This document shows positions 31,641-32,709 of a DNA stretch of 32,709 bases, one piece after another. The position numbers were made by a program, and so were the translations under genes. The notes beneath the pieces are model-generated. The model ran no database searches, was not told the origin of the DNA, and worked only from the letters and a program-made list of their open reading frames with translations. This DNA comes from Catajapyx aquilonaris (Eukaryota), in contig KZ538844.1 in NCBI GenBank assembly GCA_000934665.2, positions 62,001 to 94,709 on the forward strand, read 5' to 3'. The stretch's first letter is position 1, and every line of letters starts with the position of its first letter.

Positions 31641-31923
31641 TATTTTTTGTAATTATAAAATAAAAGGGGGAAAAATAGGGTGTGTTTTCGAATCAGGTAT
31701 AAAAATAATCATTCTGTTTTCCACTATCTGACTACTTTAAAAGGGGGGGGGGGGTGGGGGTGCGACTTAGATTGGAGTAAATACTGGGTATNGGTGCGAC
31801 TTAGATTGGAGTAAATACTGGGTATGTAATGATTTACATAAGAAATAGATTAATCACAGTCGTTTTCATGCCTTATTTATTTTCCATATCTTGGCAGCAG
31901 AAGTTGGCGCACCCCCACATCAT

Positions 31924-31966
31924 TTAACCGTCGTAATTGACAACGCATTCTGGATGACGGTCGACC
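31924..31966 (-). CDS. Aldo-keto reductase (AKR1/AKR2-like), last exon
   Basis: atatttcag|(G)VDRHPECVVNYDG*, phase 2 matching the upstream exon. AATAAA on the minus strand at 31881-31876. Confidence 0.8.
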
Positions 31967-32423
31967 CTGAAATATAATGCAATTTACAATATTTATTAGT
32001 TTTGCTTTTCTGCAAACTTATACGCATTCCAAGAAAAAAGCAGTTCCTACAGGGTTAATTGAGACAACGTTTACCCCACCTTGATATATAGGGCTACTGT
32101 ATATAAAAGAACTGCATATCGTCGGTGATCATGCAAAACCTCGTATCTTCCATTGCAGGATTATTCGGGATTATTACAAGTAGATATTGAGCAAGGCAAG
32201 TGTTATTTTGTATGTAATATGCTGTAATTTAGTTCTGGATCCATTTACTCAACGTGCGTTCTATGAGACTCACAATATTATTATGATACAATGTGTAGAT
32301 CATCATTCTTTCCAGTTATAAATATTTGGAAAAATTGTAAGAAACGTTAATTTGTCCCTAGACACTATTATAGTTGTTTTGGAGCAATGAAAAATCTAAT
32401 TAAAATAATAAAAATTTATATAC

Positions 32424-32521
32424 CCTTTGAAAAGAGTAAAGCTGAAGGTTCTTCCAGCCTTCCCCTTGTCTAAAGCGCTCAGCTTCTCCATGTCCGACGT
32501 ATCCAGCACAAAATCAAAAAT
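32424..32521 (-). CDS. Aldo-keto reductase (AKR1/AKR2-like), penultimate exon; gene continues beyond the window
   Basis: tag|IFDFVLDTSDMEKLSALDKGKAGRTFSFTLFK-G|gtatat, matching the AKR C-terminal pattern IFDF.L...(D/E)M..L..LD(K/R)G..GR. Confidence 0.88.
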
Positions 32522-32709
32522 CTATATGTGAGATATCACACATTAGTAAGTGCATACATACAGGTATATAATTCCAAGAACATAAGGGCGGATTAAATTA
32601 AGGCAATTTTTTTATATTGCAGAATAGTAAAAATTTTCCTTAATTGAAACAAAAATGTAAGTGTTGAAATCATTCCAACCTTAATATTTTCTTGAATACG
32701 TTCAGTGTT

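Noticed and set aside
31759..31825. 33-bp direct repeat (ggtgcgacttagattggagtaaatactgggtat x2), superficially CRISPR-like
   Set aside because: The copies are separated only by an N at 31792, typical of a contig-overlap artefact at a pogo-type element end; there are no spacers or cas genes.
1..32709. Prokaryotic operon, phage, defence system or CRISPR array
   Set aside because: All recognisable genes have spliceosomal GT-AG introns and the repeats are metazoan SINEs and DNA transposons.

Overview
Eukaryotic genomic DNA, an arthropod and most likely an insect judging from the calpain and AKR sequences; no prokaryotic features or CRISPR arrays were seen. In order: (1) the last two exons of a GH31 neutral alpha-glucosidase AB-like gene (+, stop at 730), with a mariner 5' end in its upstream intron; (2) a decayed, apparently spliced segment at about 1.4-3.1 kb; (3) a complete classical calpain gene (calpain-A/B type, +, 5383-25910, 15 coding exons, 1097 aa in the long form, Cys-His-Asn triad intact); (4) a repeat-rich intergenic region; (5) the last two exons of an aldo-keto reductase (-, convergent). 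The calpain locus appears combinatorial. Up to eight alternative N-termini can splice in phase 0 onto LGERGSG at 15174, including a 409-aa Gly/Pro/Tyr-rich one with repeats resembling calpain small-subunit domain V and a Drosophila CalpA-like one. Four phase-1 cassette exons could add 80 aa inside the penta-EF-hand domain, and a 73-aa highly acidic C-terminus could replace EF5 by read-through of the last donor. Introns hold MITEs, fold-back elements and two tRNA-derived SINE families. Isoform usage is inferred from splice signals, phase and recalled homology; no expression data or database searches were available.
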